Source of the DNA: Macrostomum lignano
Lineage: Eukaryota
Reading direction: 5' to 3'
Length of the DNA: 64,000 nucleotides
Assembly: GCA_002269645.1 (NCBI GenBank)
Contig: NIVC01000535.1
Coordinates: forward strand, 63,757 to 127,756
Shown: positions 1 through 11,539 of the stretch, piece after piece
Layout of the letters: every line of letters starts with the position of its first letter
Numbering within the stretch: position 1 is the stretch's first letter
The notes under the pieces: generated by a model
What the model was told of the DNA's origin: nothing
The model's input: only the letters and a program-made list of their open reading frames with translations
Database searches by the model: none
Translations under genes and position numbers: made by a program

Positions 1-425
1 CATGTAAAAATCATAGAAACATCAGGTAAACAATCATAGAAGTGTCATAAAAAATCATAGAAGCATCATGTAAAAAATCATAGAAGCGTCATGTAAAAAA
101 ATCATAGAAGTGTCATGTAAACAATCATAGAAATATCATGTAAACAATCATAGAAGCGTCATAAAAATTATAGAAGTGTTTTGCCGAAAGTCATAGAAGT
201 GTCATGTGAAGAATCATTGAAGTGTCATATAAACAATCATAGAAACGTTATATAAACAATCATTGAAGTGTCATGTAAAAATCAGAAGCATCATATAAAA
301 AGTCATAGAAGCGTCATGTAAAAAATTATAGAAGTGTCATATAAAGAATCAAAAGCGTCATGTAAAAAATCATAGAAGTGTCCTATAAAAAATCATAGAA
401 GTGTCATTTAAAAAATCATAGAAGT
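1..425. repeat. Degenerate ~20-23 bp tandem repeat (consensus ~ catgtaaaaaatcatagaagtgt), running off the window start
   Basis: Recurrent atcatagaagtgtcat / gtaaaaa motifs. The same motif reappears briefly at ~856-880, after the LINE insertion. Confidence 0.85.
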
Positions 426-436
426 GTCCTTGACAA

Positions 437-822
437 CAATAACAACAACAACAAGGTACTGCTCCCGCCGGCCACACAGTAGCCAGTAAGGGGGGAGCAG
501 TCAGAAAGTGTGTCTCTGGACCATTGCCCTCAGGAAGTCGCATCCCCCTGCTTGGTCCAGGGCGCCAGCGTCACTCAAGTCTGTCAGGGTATCACACCAT
601 TTGCCCTTGGCCTCGCCTCTGCGGTCCCTGCAGCTTGAGTAGCAGCATGTCGTGTAGCGGCTCAGGACAGTGGGCCTCCAACCGGATGACATGGCCAGCC
701 AGTCAAAGTTGCTGTCCGCGCAGCAGGTCAGAAGGCCGCATCAGGCGCACCCTAGTGTAGAGTGCAGCATTGGTCTTGCTGCCTGGGCCACTGCGCACTC
801 CAAAAGCTGCATGCCGTGCGGC
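437..822 (-). mobile_element. 5'-truncated RTE-like non-LTR retrotransposon 3' end, with (TTG)n tail and 11-bp target-site duplication
   Basis: Minus-strand frame reads AAFGVRSGPGSKTNAALYTRVRLMRPSDLLRGQQL*LAGHVIRLEAHCPEPLHDMLLLKLQGPQRRGQG, resembling the RTE ORF2 C-terminal 'L-GHV-R...G-R-RG' motif. Tail is (caa)n on + at 437-453. gtccttgacaa flanks both sides (426-436 and 823-833). Confidence 0.75.
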
Positions 823-1859
823 GTCCTTGACAAAAGAAGCATTATGTCAGACAGAAAGTGTCATGTAAAAAATTTCATATGAAACTGTGTGCTGTGACTC
901 TTAGGGAGAAATACTTTTGATCTCAAAGCTTATGGGGGGAATAGCTGAGATGTCAAGGCTCATGGGAGAATAACTGAGATGTTAAGGCTAAGTCAGAAGC
1001 TATATATAGTTAATTCAAAACTTTTTATTACATTATTTGTTGCCTTATCATAGGGGAGTATGTTAAGGCTTGTGGGGGGGGAATTGCTAACATATCAAGG
1101 CTTACAAGGGACTGCTAAGGTATATTGCAAAGAGACACTACATGTAGTTTATTAAACTTGTATTGCATTTTTTTGGCTCCCCAATAGGGGGCACTAATTG
1201 CTAGTTGGGGACACTAAGCAATTGGGCGCAATTAAAAAGACTTGGCAGTTGGCATTGATGAGCATTCATAACCCTTATTTCAAGTCACTTATCTATATTG
1301 TCAAATTTGTCATCTCATAGAAACATTATTTTCCTAATAAAAGAGCTTGATGGGTACAACATTCCATTTATTTAAAAAACACAGCTGCACTAAAGGCATA
1401 TTCTTAAAAAAAGGAGATAGCTGGTATAGTCAAATCTGATTTAGCTAGCTCTACTAGCTTGGGAAGGTCAGTGCTATTAGATTTCTAGAATTCACAAACT
1501 GGAATTTCAAAGTTTTTCTAGGCCAGACTTCAGTACAATGATAGTTGGTTGGTGGCCTTGCAAGGAATCTCTTTTTTTTCAAGCTGTTTGCAGTTGTAAT
1601 AGATAATCCTGAAGTAGATCCATTGGCCTCACTTTGGCACTCTTGCAGTGTTATTCTGGTAGAATAGCAAAATTGCAAGAACTTGCTACTGCCTTCTTTA
1701 TTTTAATTTGACTCTTGATTTGCCTATTTGCCTGTGATTATCATGTAGGCATGATTCATTCTATCAGTCCACATGTCTATCATGAAATTGATAACATTTG
1801 GCATTTTAAAATATATCTTTTAGAAAAGCCACTTGCTCTTCAAATAATGAGGCAACTCA

Positions 1860-3620
1860 ATGTGACACCTATTGACTTGGGGCTATATAGCCTAACATAG
1901 CCATTGCAATGAAGCCTGTTATGCCTTTTTTATGGAAATCACCAAATGAGTGACTATCTTGGATAATTGCCTTTATAGCCACCTTGTCTAACTTCTTTAC
2001 AAAGGCACTGAAAAGTAGATGAGTTCTAGGCTTGACAGGTCCCCTGGTCATAACAGTAATAAGAGTGTTAGAAAACTACCAATAAGCTTCACTTGCTTCA
2101 TAGAAGTTAAAGGCTTAGGAGCAGAAGACTGCTCATTTTCCTCACTAACTATTAGGCTTAGTATACTAGACTTAGAAATAGAAGCTAGAACTTTGCTACT
2201 AGTACTTTCTTTAGTAGAAACTAACTTATGCTGACTTCGGAGGTGGTTTAACATTGATTTGGTAGAACCATCCTTTTGAAGCTTAATTTTTGAATTGCAC
2301 TCCTTACAAATGGCATGCTGTTTATTAGCTGCTTTTATAAAATGTTTCCAGATATTAGACTTCATGAATGCATGGCAGTGTTGCAATTGTAGCTTAGCTT
2401 AGCAATATAATTTGTTTTAATGGCAGCTTGGCAGATGACTAAGTAAAGTAGTTGAAATGATTGTATATTCAAAGTAAATAAATTGTGTATAAGAGAAATA
2501 TTTTAATAAAAAAATCAGGGATTCAGGGATTATTATTTTCTTAAAAAATCCCATGTAGACAATGAATACTTAAGGAAAACCATTAAAAATTTGATTTTGT
2601 TCTTATTACACATAGTATACTAACCAAATAGGCTTAAGGCTTAATTATAAAATTTATTCAATTAATTAACTAAAAATAATAATTTTATGAATATCAATAT
2701 ATGCTTTTATACAAAAACATAGGAATAAAAAAGTACTATGGCCTTATATTCTAATGAATTGGCAATAAAATAAAATACAAATATACTTCATTTTCAAAGA
2801 TTTTGTTGAAAGTCTTGGCTCTTAATCCATGGTTAAAAGTGGTTAGTACATTTCTATCTATAGCATAATGATCATATTTTCTAAAATTAGTTTTTGTGTT
2901 GTAGCTTTAGTTAAACTAAATAAATTAAAAATAAATTTTAATTAAAAAAACTTAAAATGCATCTGGCTGGCTAAACTAAAAATAATAGGCCTAGTAGGTC
3001 TAGGCAATTGTGAGGCTAGGCCTAGGCATATTTTTTTAATACAAACAATTACTTAAGAAGAACAAAAAGAACAATGTACTTAGGCTACTATTCTAATACT
3101 ATGCCATATATATAATTATTAAATAGTACTTAATAGATAGTATACTATAGGTATAGTCATTAGTGGGGTGTTTAGTTAAATTTATCTGACAACTGCAACA
3201 TAAGCTACAACTAGGGGGGCCTACAAGCCACAACCCTCAGTGTAGGACTACAATTAATTGGCTAGAATTCTGGAAGCATAATTATGTTTCAATACAGAAT
3301 AGAATTAACAGTAACACTATTATATTTAGGTCTAATAAAGGCTGAATATTATGATATGGAATGCCAATTTGCTAAATGACTGTCAAAATGTTGATAGGTG
3401 AAATCAGAAATGTCACAGGATGATGTGCTATTGTTTTGAAGTTTAAAAATTTGCCTTTTATACTAAGTGTTACATGATGACATTAGGAGAGATTAATTTT
3501 TAAAATAGCTAGTTTATTTTTCATTTAAACCTGAACCTGAACATCCTACCTACCCCAAACCCAGTACCAAACCTGACCCAAAACCTGACCTGACCCCAAA
3601 CCCTGAATACCCTTAATAAC
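1860..3620 (-). mobile_element. Decayed hAT-superfamily DNA transposon (BED zinc finger and transposase N-terminus, plus subterminal repeats)
   Basis: ORF 2048-2386 has a zf-BED motif IWKHF...AICKECNSKIK...GSTKSMLNHLRSQH. The next frame reads AIIQDSHSFGDFHKKGITGFIAMAMLGYIAPSQ, resembling hAT 'D-xPF...G...F...P-Y-xPS'. 3525-3610 has cctgaacctgaa/acctgacc motifs resembling deaminated CCCGAACCCG subterminal repeats. Boundaries are approximate. Confidence 0.7.
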
Positions 3621-4085
3621 TATATAGCATTTTTGTTGTAAAATTTATAAGGATGTGTACGTATAGATTTATAATTAGTGTTTGCCTAAATGGGGTCCTA
3701 CTATAGATGTAGCTGTTGTAAAAACATTTTTAGGCTTTTTGTTATATTTTTACTTTCTCATTGATCCATGCTACCATTTTGATGTAATGTTTCATTTTTC
3801 CTAATAAATAGTTTAAAATAAATAAAAACTAGGGCTTGTTGTTTTCTGTGGGTGTATTTTCAACAGCTATAGGTACCCATTTTACTATAGTTGCTGTAGT
3901 GTTTTTTAGCTATATCTAAAAGTGAAACTAGAAGTTAACTAACTGTAAATGAGTCTTAATTCAATGATTGCTAAGTGGTAGAACATTATTAATCATACTC
4001 ATGCAACTGTTATCTGCCTGAATAGCTTGGTCATAATATTAACAACGAAGTACTAACTATATCAGCTGTCATCAACACACTAATA

Positions 4086-6688
4086 ATGGAAGAGATTGGC
4101 CTGCCCCCTTCCGGTTCGGACAAGGAGCTTTCTGATTTGTCCTCGGCCACTGATTCTGCTGTCCGGCCGGGCAGCGGCCTATCAGCTGTGCCTCCAGATC
4201 CCACTCAGCTGGATTCGGACGATCTGTTTGTCCGACTTAAACGTCTACAACGCGAGCTGGAATTCCTGGATGTTCAGGTAAAGTTTACAGTTAATTAACT
4301 CATTTGTCGAAGGTTTTTTTTTATTTGGGTCGCTCTCGCCTCACCATGCATACACGAGTTGATCCAATACATGAACTACAGGTAGTGAGGTACAGTGGCT
4401 GTGTGCACAGTCTTGAGTACATGTACTGGGGTAAGGTGGCTGTGTACGCAGTCTTGAGTACATGTACTGGGGTAATGTGGCTGTGTACGCAGTCTTGAGT
4501 ACATGTACTGGGGTAAGGTGGCTGTGTACGCAGTCTTGAGTACATGTACTGGGGTAATGTGGCTGTGTACGCAGTCTTGAGTACATGTACTGGGGTAAGG
4601 TGGCTGTGTACGCAGTCTTGAGTACATGTACTGGAGTAAGGTGGCTGTGTACGCAGTCTTGGGTACATGTACTGGGGTAAGGTGGCTGTGTACGCAGTCT
4701 TGAGTACATGTACTGGGGTAAGGTGGCTGTGTACACAGTCTTGAGTACATGTACTGGGGTAAGGTGGCTGTGTACGCAGTCTTGAGTACATGCACTGGGG
4801 TAAGGTGGCTGTGTACGCAGTCTTGAGTACATGCACTGGGGTAAGGTGGCTGTGTACGCAGTCTTGAGTACATGCACTGGGGGGAACAGTGGCTGTGTAC
4901 ACAGTCTCCAGTACATGCACCTTGGGTAACAGTGGCTGTGTGTGTACTCTAGACACTTTCAAATAGTGTTTTATTGATGCAGAAACTTTGGCATCTGGTT
5001 GTAGCGTAAAAAGTAATCTACACTACATATCGGATAGCGACAACGATCTCGGGAGTCGGGGATGATGGTTTCAAATTGGTTTAGCTTCACAGTTTCATCA
5101 TATTAATTGACTGACAGGAAGGCTACGTGAAAGACGAGCAGAAGAATTTAAAGAAGGAATTCCTCCACGCCCAAGAGGAAGTCAAACGAATCCAGAGCGT
5201 GCCGCTGGTTATTGGCCAATTCCTCGAGGCTGTCGATCAGAACTACGGCATTGTGGGATCCACAACCGGTTCTAATTATTATGTCCGCATTCTGAGCACG
5301 CTGGACCGCGAGTCGCTTCGGCCCAGCGCCTCTGTCGCCTTGCACAAGCACAGCAACGCTCTGGTTGACGTGCTGCCCCCCGAGGCCGACTCCAGCATCA
5401 GCATGCTGTCAGCCGATCAGAAGCCAAACGTCACCTATGCCGACATTGGCGGTATGGACATACAGAAACAGGAGGTGCGCGAGGCCGTTGAACTGCCGCT
5501 GACTCATTTTGAACTCTATCGTCAGATTGGCATCGATCCGCCTAGGGGTGTGCTCATGTTCGGGCCGCCTGGTGAGTTCATTTTACACGTGAATGGGGCG
5601 TAGCCTAGCGTCCTAGGCTCGATTCCAACTGCAGTCTAGTTAATTTAGGGCTAAATTAGAATCTCAGCTTGGATCTGCTCGTAAGGCAAATTCTATGTAG
5701 TAAACGGTAGCTTTTAGTTAATTGGTTATTCATTTTGTCGGAGCTACACCTGCAAAGTTAAGCAAAGTTAGTCGCGGTTAGTACGCAGCTGAATAAAATG
5801 TCTGTGTGAGAGCGAGTGTTAAAGACGAAAAATCTAAAAAAATAACTAAATTTCAAACTTAAACTTGTAATAAGCTAGGACCGGTTGCTAGGTGCCTCCG
5901 CTCTTCATCAGCTGGTCTAGCTTCTCAGATCAGCTAGGACCTCACTTGCAGTTTGTCCAAGGTGCTATTTTTAACAATTTACAGAAGAAAAAATAAAACA
6001 CGTTACTTTCTACTCCATTCAGGTAAAATAATGTTATATTTTTTTCATAAAAACAGGCACAGGCAAAACTATGCTAGCCAAAGCGGTGGCCCATCACACC
6101 ACGGCCGCTTTTATCCGGGTTGTTGGCAGCGAATTCGTGCAGAAATACCTGGGCGAAGGGCCCCGCATGGTGCGCGACGTGTTCCGCTTGGCAAAGGAGA
6201 ACGCGCCGGCCATTATCTTCATCGACGAGGTGGACGCCATCGCTACTAAACGGTTCGACGCCCAGACTGGAGCCGATCGAGAGGTTCAACGCATCCTGCT
6301 CGAGCTGCTCAACCAGATGGACGGCTTCGACCAGACCGTGAACGTCAAGGTCATCATGGCCACCAACCGGGCTGACACGCTGGACCCGGCGCTGCTCCGC
6401 CCGGGCCGGCTCGATCGCAAAATCGAATTCCCAATGCCGGACAGGCGGCAGAAGCGCCTCATCTTCCAGGCCATCGCCGGCAAGATGAACCTGTCAGACG
6501 AGCTGGACCTGGAGGACTACGTGGCCAGGCCGGACAAGATCACTGGCGCCGATATTAACGCCATCTGTCAGGAGGCCGGCATGCAGGCTGTGAGAGAGAA
6601 TCGCTACGTTGTGCTGCCTAAAGACTTTGAGAAAGGCTACAAGGCCAGCCTGAAGAAGGACATGCAGGAGTTGGAATTCTACAATTGA
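4086..6688 (+). CDS. PSMC4: 26S proteasome AAA-ATPase regulatory subunit 6B (Rpt3); 3 coding exons 4086-4277, 5118-5571, 6057-6688
   Basis: Splicing restores LEFLDVQ|[27 protein letters not shown] and Walker A GPP|GTGKT; Walker B IIFIDEVD; [28 protein letters not shown]. Canonical GT/AG junctions with consistent phases. Confidence 0.97.
4395..4945. repeat. 41-bp minisatellite (~13 copies) in PSMC4 intron 1
   Basis: Unit gtggctgtgtacgcagtcttgagtacatgtactggggtaag, containing the palindrome agtacatgtact. Confidence 0.95.
5596..5690 (+). mobile_element. 5' fragment of SINE family B in PSMC4 intron 2
   Basis: ggctcgattccaactgcagtc...ttagaatctcagcttggatctgctcgt matches the head of the 48781-49146 element (ggctcgattccaagtgcagtc...ttggaatctcggcttggctctgctcgt). 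Confidence 0.6.
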
Positions 6689-7204
6689 TGCTATTTGCTC
6701 CGTGTCTGCTGTCATGCCCTTTCTTCTGTTCTATCCATGCAAACACACTTATAAATGACAATATAGAATATTTGTTTGTCAGCACTGCTCTTACAGTATC
6801 CTAGTGGGTCTTCGGGGGGGGTACATTTTCTAATGAATAATTAACAAAAGTCAATTAGACTCCGAACTAAAATTTAATATAATTTGTTTCTACCTGCGGC
6901 GCCGTGCATTTTAATTATCCCCAAGTTATTTCGTGTACCGTCAGTTTCAGTTTGCACCTGTTCCATCAGTAGCAGCATCCATTAGTAACCGCCACTTATG
7001 TTATTTAATATCCGGTATATGAATTTGTAATAACAGTCGGGTGAGTTGATCGCACTGTGCCTGCCTAGTTTGACTGGCATAGCAGAAGCAGATAATAAAT
7101 TAATGTATGCCTGGCAATTGACCGCGTTATGTATTTGTGTTTCTCTTTGTGTTCTTGTTTTTTTGTATTTTTGGGCTTAATAAAGAGTCTAGTTGTGATG
7201 CACC

Positions 7205-7885
7205 ATAGTATCCTTCTAAAGTCGGTCAGATCCCGATGGAAAGTCAGCACTTGTGTTAAATCTCTGATAGAAGGTCAGCATGTCAGATCCCTGATTGAAA
7301 ATCAGCGCCTCGTGTCAGATCTCTGAGAGAATGTCAGCACCCCGTGTCAGAGCCCTGACGGAAGGTCAGCACCCGTGTCAGATCCCCGAGGGATGGTCAG
7401 CACCCGTGTCAGACCACTGATGGAAGGTCAGCACTCACTGTGTCAGATCCCCGAGGGAAGGTCAGCACCCGTGTCAGACCACTGATGGAAGGTCAGCACT
7501 CACTGTGTCAGATCCCCGAGGGAAGGTCAGCACCCGTGTCAGAGCCCTGATGGAAGGTCAGCACCCGTGTCAGAGCCCTTATGGAAGGTCAGCACCCGTG
7601 TCAGAGCCCTGAGGAAAGGTCGGCACTCACTCTGTGTCAGACTCAGATCCCCGAGGGAAGGTCAGCACCCGTGTCAGAGCCCTGAGGGAAGGTCAGCACC
7701 CGTGTCAGAGCCCTGAGGGAAGGTCAGCACCCGTGTCAGAGCCCTGATGGAAGGTCAGCACCCGTGTCAGAGCCCCGAGGAAAGGTTAGCACCCGTGTCA
7801 GAGCCCTGATGGAAGGTCAGCACCTGTGTCAGAGCCCTGAGGAAAGGTCAGCACTCACTCTGTGTCAGAGCCCCGAGGGAAGGTT
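7205..7885. repeat. ~31-bp minisatellite between PSMC4 and PSMD14
   Basis: Unit gtcagcacccgtgtcagagccctgatggaag with cactcactgt variants; degenerate at the left edge. Confidence 0.95.
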
Positions 7886-7968
7886 TAACCAGTAGAAGAG
7901 GCTGCAATAGAAGACGAATCCAGTGCAAACCATATTGCAAAACACTTGCAGTTCTAACAAGCACCGGA

Positions 7969-9586
7969 ATGGACCGACTGCTTCGTCTCGGCGCCGCTGG
8001 CGGTCTTGGCTCGCTCGGCCAGACGGCCGCACCGTCGGACGGCCCGATGCCGGACACGGCCGAGCAGGTGTACATCAGCTCGCTGGCGCTATTAAAGATG
8101 CTCAAGCACGGCCGAGCCGGAGTACCCATGGAAGTCATGGGCCTAATGCTGGGCGAATTCGTTGACGATTACACGGTTACCGTTGTTGACGTGTTCGCCA
8201 TGCCGCAATCTGGCACCGGCGTCTCTGTCGAAGCTGTGGATCCCGTATTCCAGGTGAGTTGTGCAGTGACTCCTTGTAGGATGGCGGTTGTGGCTCTCAG
8301 ATAGAGGACCAGTGATTCTCAGATAGAGGACCAGTGACTCGCATGTGTAGGACCAGTTTCTCTCAGGTGTAGGACCAGTGACTCGCATGTGTAGGACCAG
8401 TTTCTCTCAGGTGTAGGACCAGTGACTCGCATGTGTAGGACCAGTTTCTCTCAGGTGTAGGACCAGTGACTCGCATGTGTAGGACCAGTGACTCTCAGGT
8501 GTAGGACCAGTGACTCTCAGATGTAGGACCAGACTCCCAGCTGTTGGACCAGTGACTCTCAGGTTTAGGACCAGTGACTTTCAGATAAAGGATCAGTGGC
8601 TCCCAGATGGAGGACCAGTGGCTCTCAGATAAAAGACCAGTGACTCTCAGATGAAGGACCAGTGACTCTCAGATGTAGGACCAGACTCCCAGCTGTTGGA
8701 CCAGTGACTCTCAGGTTTAGGACCAGTGACTTTCAGATAAAGGATCAGTGGCTCCCAGATGGAGGACCAGTGGCTCTCAGATAAAAGACCAGTGACTCTC
8801 GCGTGTAGAACCAGTGACTTTCAGATGTAGGCCCAGTGACTCTCATTTTAGGCACAGTTGCTCTTTATTAAAGGATCTGGGGACAGCGGCAAAAAGCAAA
8901 AATCTATTAATCCACCCCCTCTTTCACAGGCCAAGATGCTGGACATGCTGAAGCAGACGGGCCGACCAGAGATGGTAGTGGGCTGGTACCATTCGCATCC
9001 GGGATTCGGCTGCTGGCTATCCGGCGTTGACGTGAACACGCAGCAGAGCTTTGAGGCCCTGTCCGAACGAGCCGTGGCCGTTGTGGTGGATCCAATCCAA
9101 TCTGTGAAAGGCAAAGTAGTGATTGACGCGTTCAGGCTAATTAATACCAATATGGTGATGCTGGGCCAGGAGCCCCGGCAGACCACTAGCAACATCGGTC
9201 ACTTGAACAAGCCGTCAATTCAGGCGCTGATCCACGGCTTAAACCGGAACTATTATTCAATACCGATTAACTTTCGCAAGAACCGGCTGGAACAGGCTAT
9301 GCTAATGAATCTGAATAAGCGCAGCTGGCAGGACGGCCTGGCGCTGTGCGATTTTACTCAGCATTGCAAGGACAACGAGTCTACGGTTAAGGCTATGCTG
9401 GACCTCACCCGCTCCTATCACAAAGCGCTAGAGGACGAGCGCCAGATGACTAAAGAACAATTGGCCGTGAAAAATGTTGGCAAAATCGATCCGAAGCGTC
9501 ACCTGGAGGAGCAGGTTGACGGCTTGATGACGGCTAATATTAGCCAGTGCCTCGGGTCCATGCTGCATTCGGTTGTGTTCAACTAA
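7969..9586 (+). CDS. PSMD14: 26S proteasome lid deubiquitinase Rpn11 (JAMM/MPN+); 2 exons 7969-8253, 8930-9586
   Basis: MDRLLRLG...[34 protein letters not shown]...VDPVFQ|[34 protein letters not shown] with an intact JAMM motif. GT/AG phase-0 intron; AATAAA at 9605-9610. Confidence 0.97.
8300..8845. repeat. ~21-23 bp minisatellite in PSMD14 intron
   Basis: Unit aggaccagtgactctcagatgt with higher-order variants. Confidence 0.9.
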
Positions 9587-11377
9587 TTTGCTTTTTTATT
9601 ACATAATAAATCTCTAGCTGTGCTAATGACTGGGTTAACTTTCTGTTGAAAAAAAATAATTAAAATGCGCAACACACTACTGGGGGTTGTGCGATTCAGG
9701 CATGAACTAATTGTCGTCTATCGTAGTTTACGAGTAATCCTTCCCAGCTTATTCCTGCCTAGTTGTCTCCAGACTCTCTCAGCTATTCGAATGTCCCAAG
9801 TTTTGTGCATGTATCGTTTTTTCTATGCTATAATTATATAGTCATGACGCTATCCGGTACTAACTCTAATAACTTAAAGAGTACACCCTCGCATAGGCAA
9901 AATCGGCTTGGTTCCAATTATCAATAAACGGGTTATATGTATCGCTTGAGTTTCGAGTGGATTTGGCAAAAAAGCGCAAGTGTAAAACCGATCAATATTT
10001 CTTCTTTTGCAATATGCAAAATATTTTGATCGTGGCCGTAAATTATTGCCTTGCTTTTTTATTTCAAGAATTTAACCATCTAAATTTATTCTCTATCATT
10101 TTTATTAGAATTCAGGATATGCAGCTAGCAGGAGGAGTGTCAAGGATTTTATGGTAGGGGGCGACACTAAGAACTCTAAACGAAAAATTCCTATATAGTA
10201 TTTTGAGAATCGGTGTTAGCGTGTTGGTGACTGATTTTTGCGCCGCAGGTACTTTCAATTTGGCACCCTGAAGCAAATTCTTGATTTCCATAATGGATCA
10301 CAATTTCGGTTGGGGAGAACAGTATGTAATTGATAATATCAGTTTTTACATACTCTGAGAGAATATCTTTTTTAATCGTAAAAAATCGATTTTTTCATAT
10401 GTATTATTTTAGTGTGGTTGAGTAAGTTTAAAGAATTCGATAGAATGGGCTACTTATATACATGTGAAATTAATTGTTTGACTCAACTGCGTGCGTGGGT
10501 ACCAGTCACTTCATTGTTTTTTACGCATATTTACAATGTGCATTTAATGTATAGCATAAAAATTTCGGACACAAAGCGAAAAATTTTTAGATAAAACTAC
10601 ATACGGCCATTATACATGAAGTACCATGATCTTACTGGTGACTACTTAAGTCGTTCTTGATTACGGATGAGACCTAAGATTTTAGGTGTTTTCTTTAAAT
10701 TATTTTTCAATTTTTTAAATCTTAAGAATAATTAGTATTTCAATAAAAAAGCTTTTTTACTTACGGAATAAATCGTCGGATGGGTAAACTGTTCCGTGTA
10801 TCCTAACTTCAGTGGTCCTTGCATCAGTCCGAAATGATAGAGGCCACAATTTTGTAGTGTGGTGCTTGTGTCGCGATACCCTTGATTATGAATTTTATAT
10901 TAGTAGTCTCAATTGTATTAGGCATGTACAGTAATTGGATGCAAAGCATTACAAAAAGCTTGCCCTTTTGTTTTTTTATTGCGAATTTTAAACCCGATAA
11001 ACAAAAAAACCTTAAGCTTTTAGAAATAAAGATCGCCAATAAAAAGAAACTAACAGCAATGACTTTGTATAAAAAAATAATGAAAATTGTTTTTCCCGGC
11101 TTTCCATTCTTATTTCTCAAAAATCTAAGAGCGGTTTTTCGTACTTAGAGAAATGTCAATTTTTTAAGATGCTTGATCAGCTGATTTCTTAACCTTTTCG
11201 CGCCGGAGCTAGAAATACAAAAGCTCCGTTCCTGCCGACATGGTCAGCTGGGCTGACCTTAGACTATAGCTAGAATCTAATTGTGCCCCTGTGGCCCTGT
11301 GCAAAGCCTTTCTAGCCGAGAAGGGAGCATTTTGTACTCGGCTTGGACAAATCTAGTCCAAGACCTTTTAAACTTTG

Positions 11378-11474
11378 TCCGACTCGGAATATTCCGACCA
11401 TTATTCCGACCTGTAATGCCGCTAATGTGGTTTAATTACCAGTCGGAATAATGGTCAGAATATTCCGACTCTGA
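11378..11474. repeat. Imperfect ~40-bp inverted repeat (17-bp spacer), probably a transposon terminal/subterminal structure
   Basis: tccgactcggaatattccgaccattattccgacctgtaat (11378-11417) versus attaccagtcggaataatggtcagaatattccgactctga (11435-11474). Further attccgact motifs continue to ~11530. Confidence 0.7.
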
Positions 11475-11539
11475 TTCCGACTGATAATTTAATTCGTTGC
11501 AAGAGTCTAAATATCATCCCGACTCTTATTCCAACTGAT

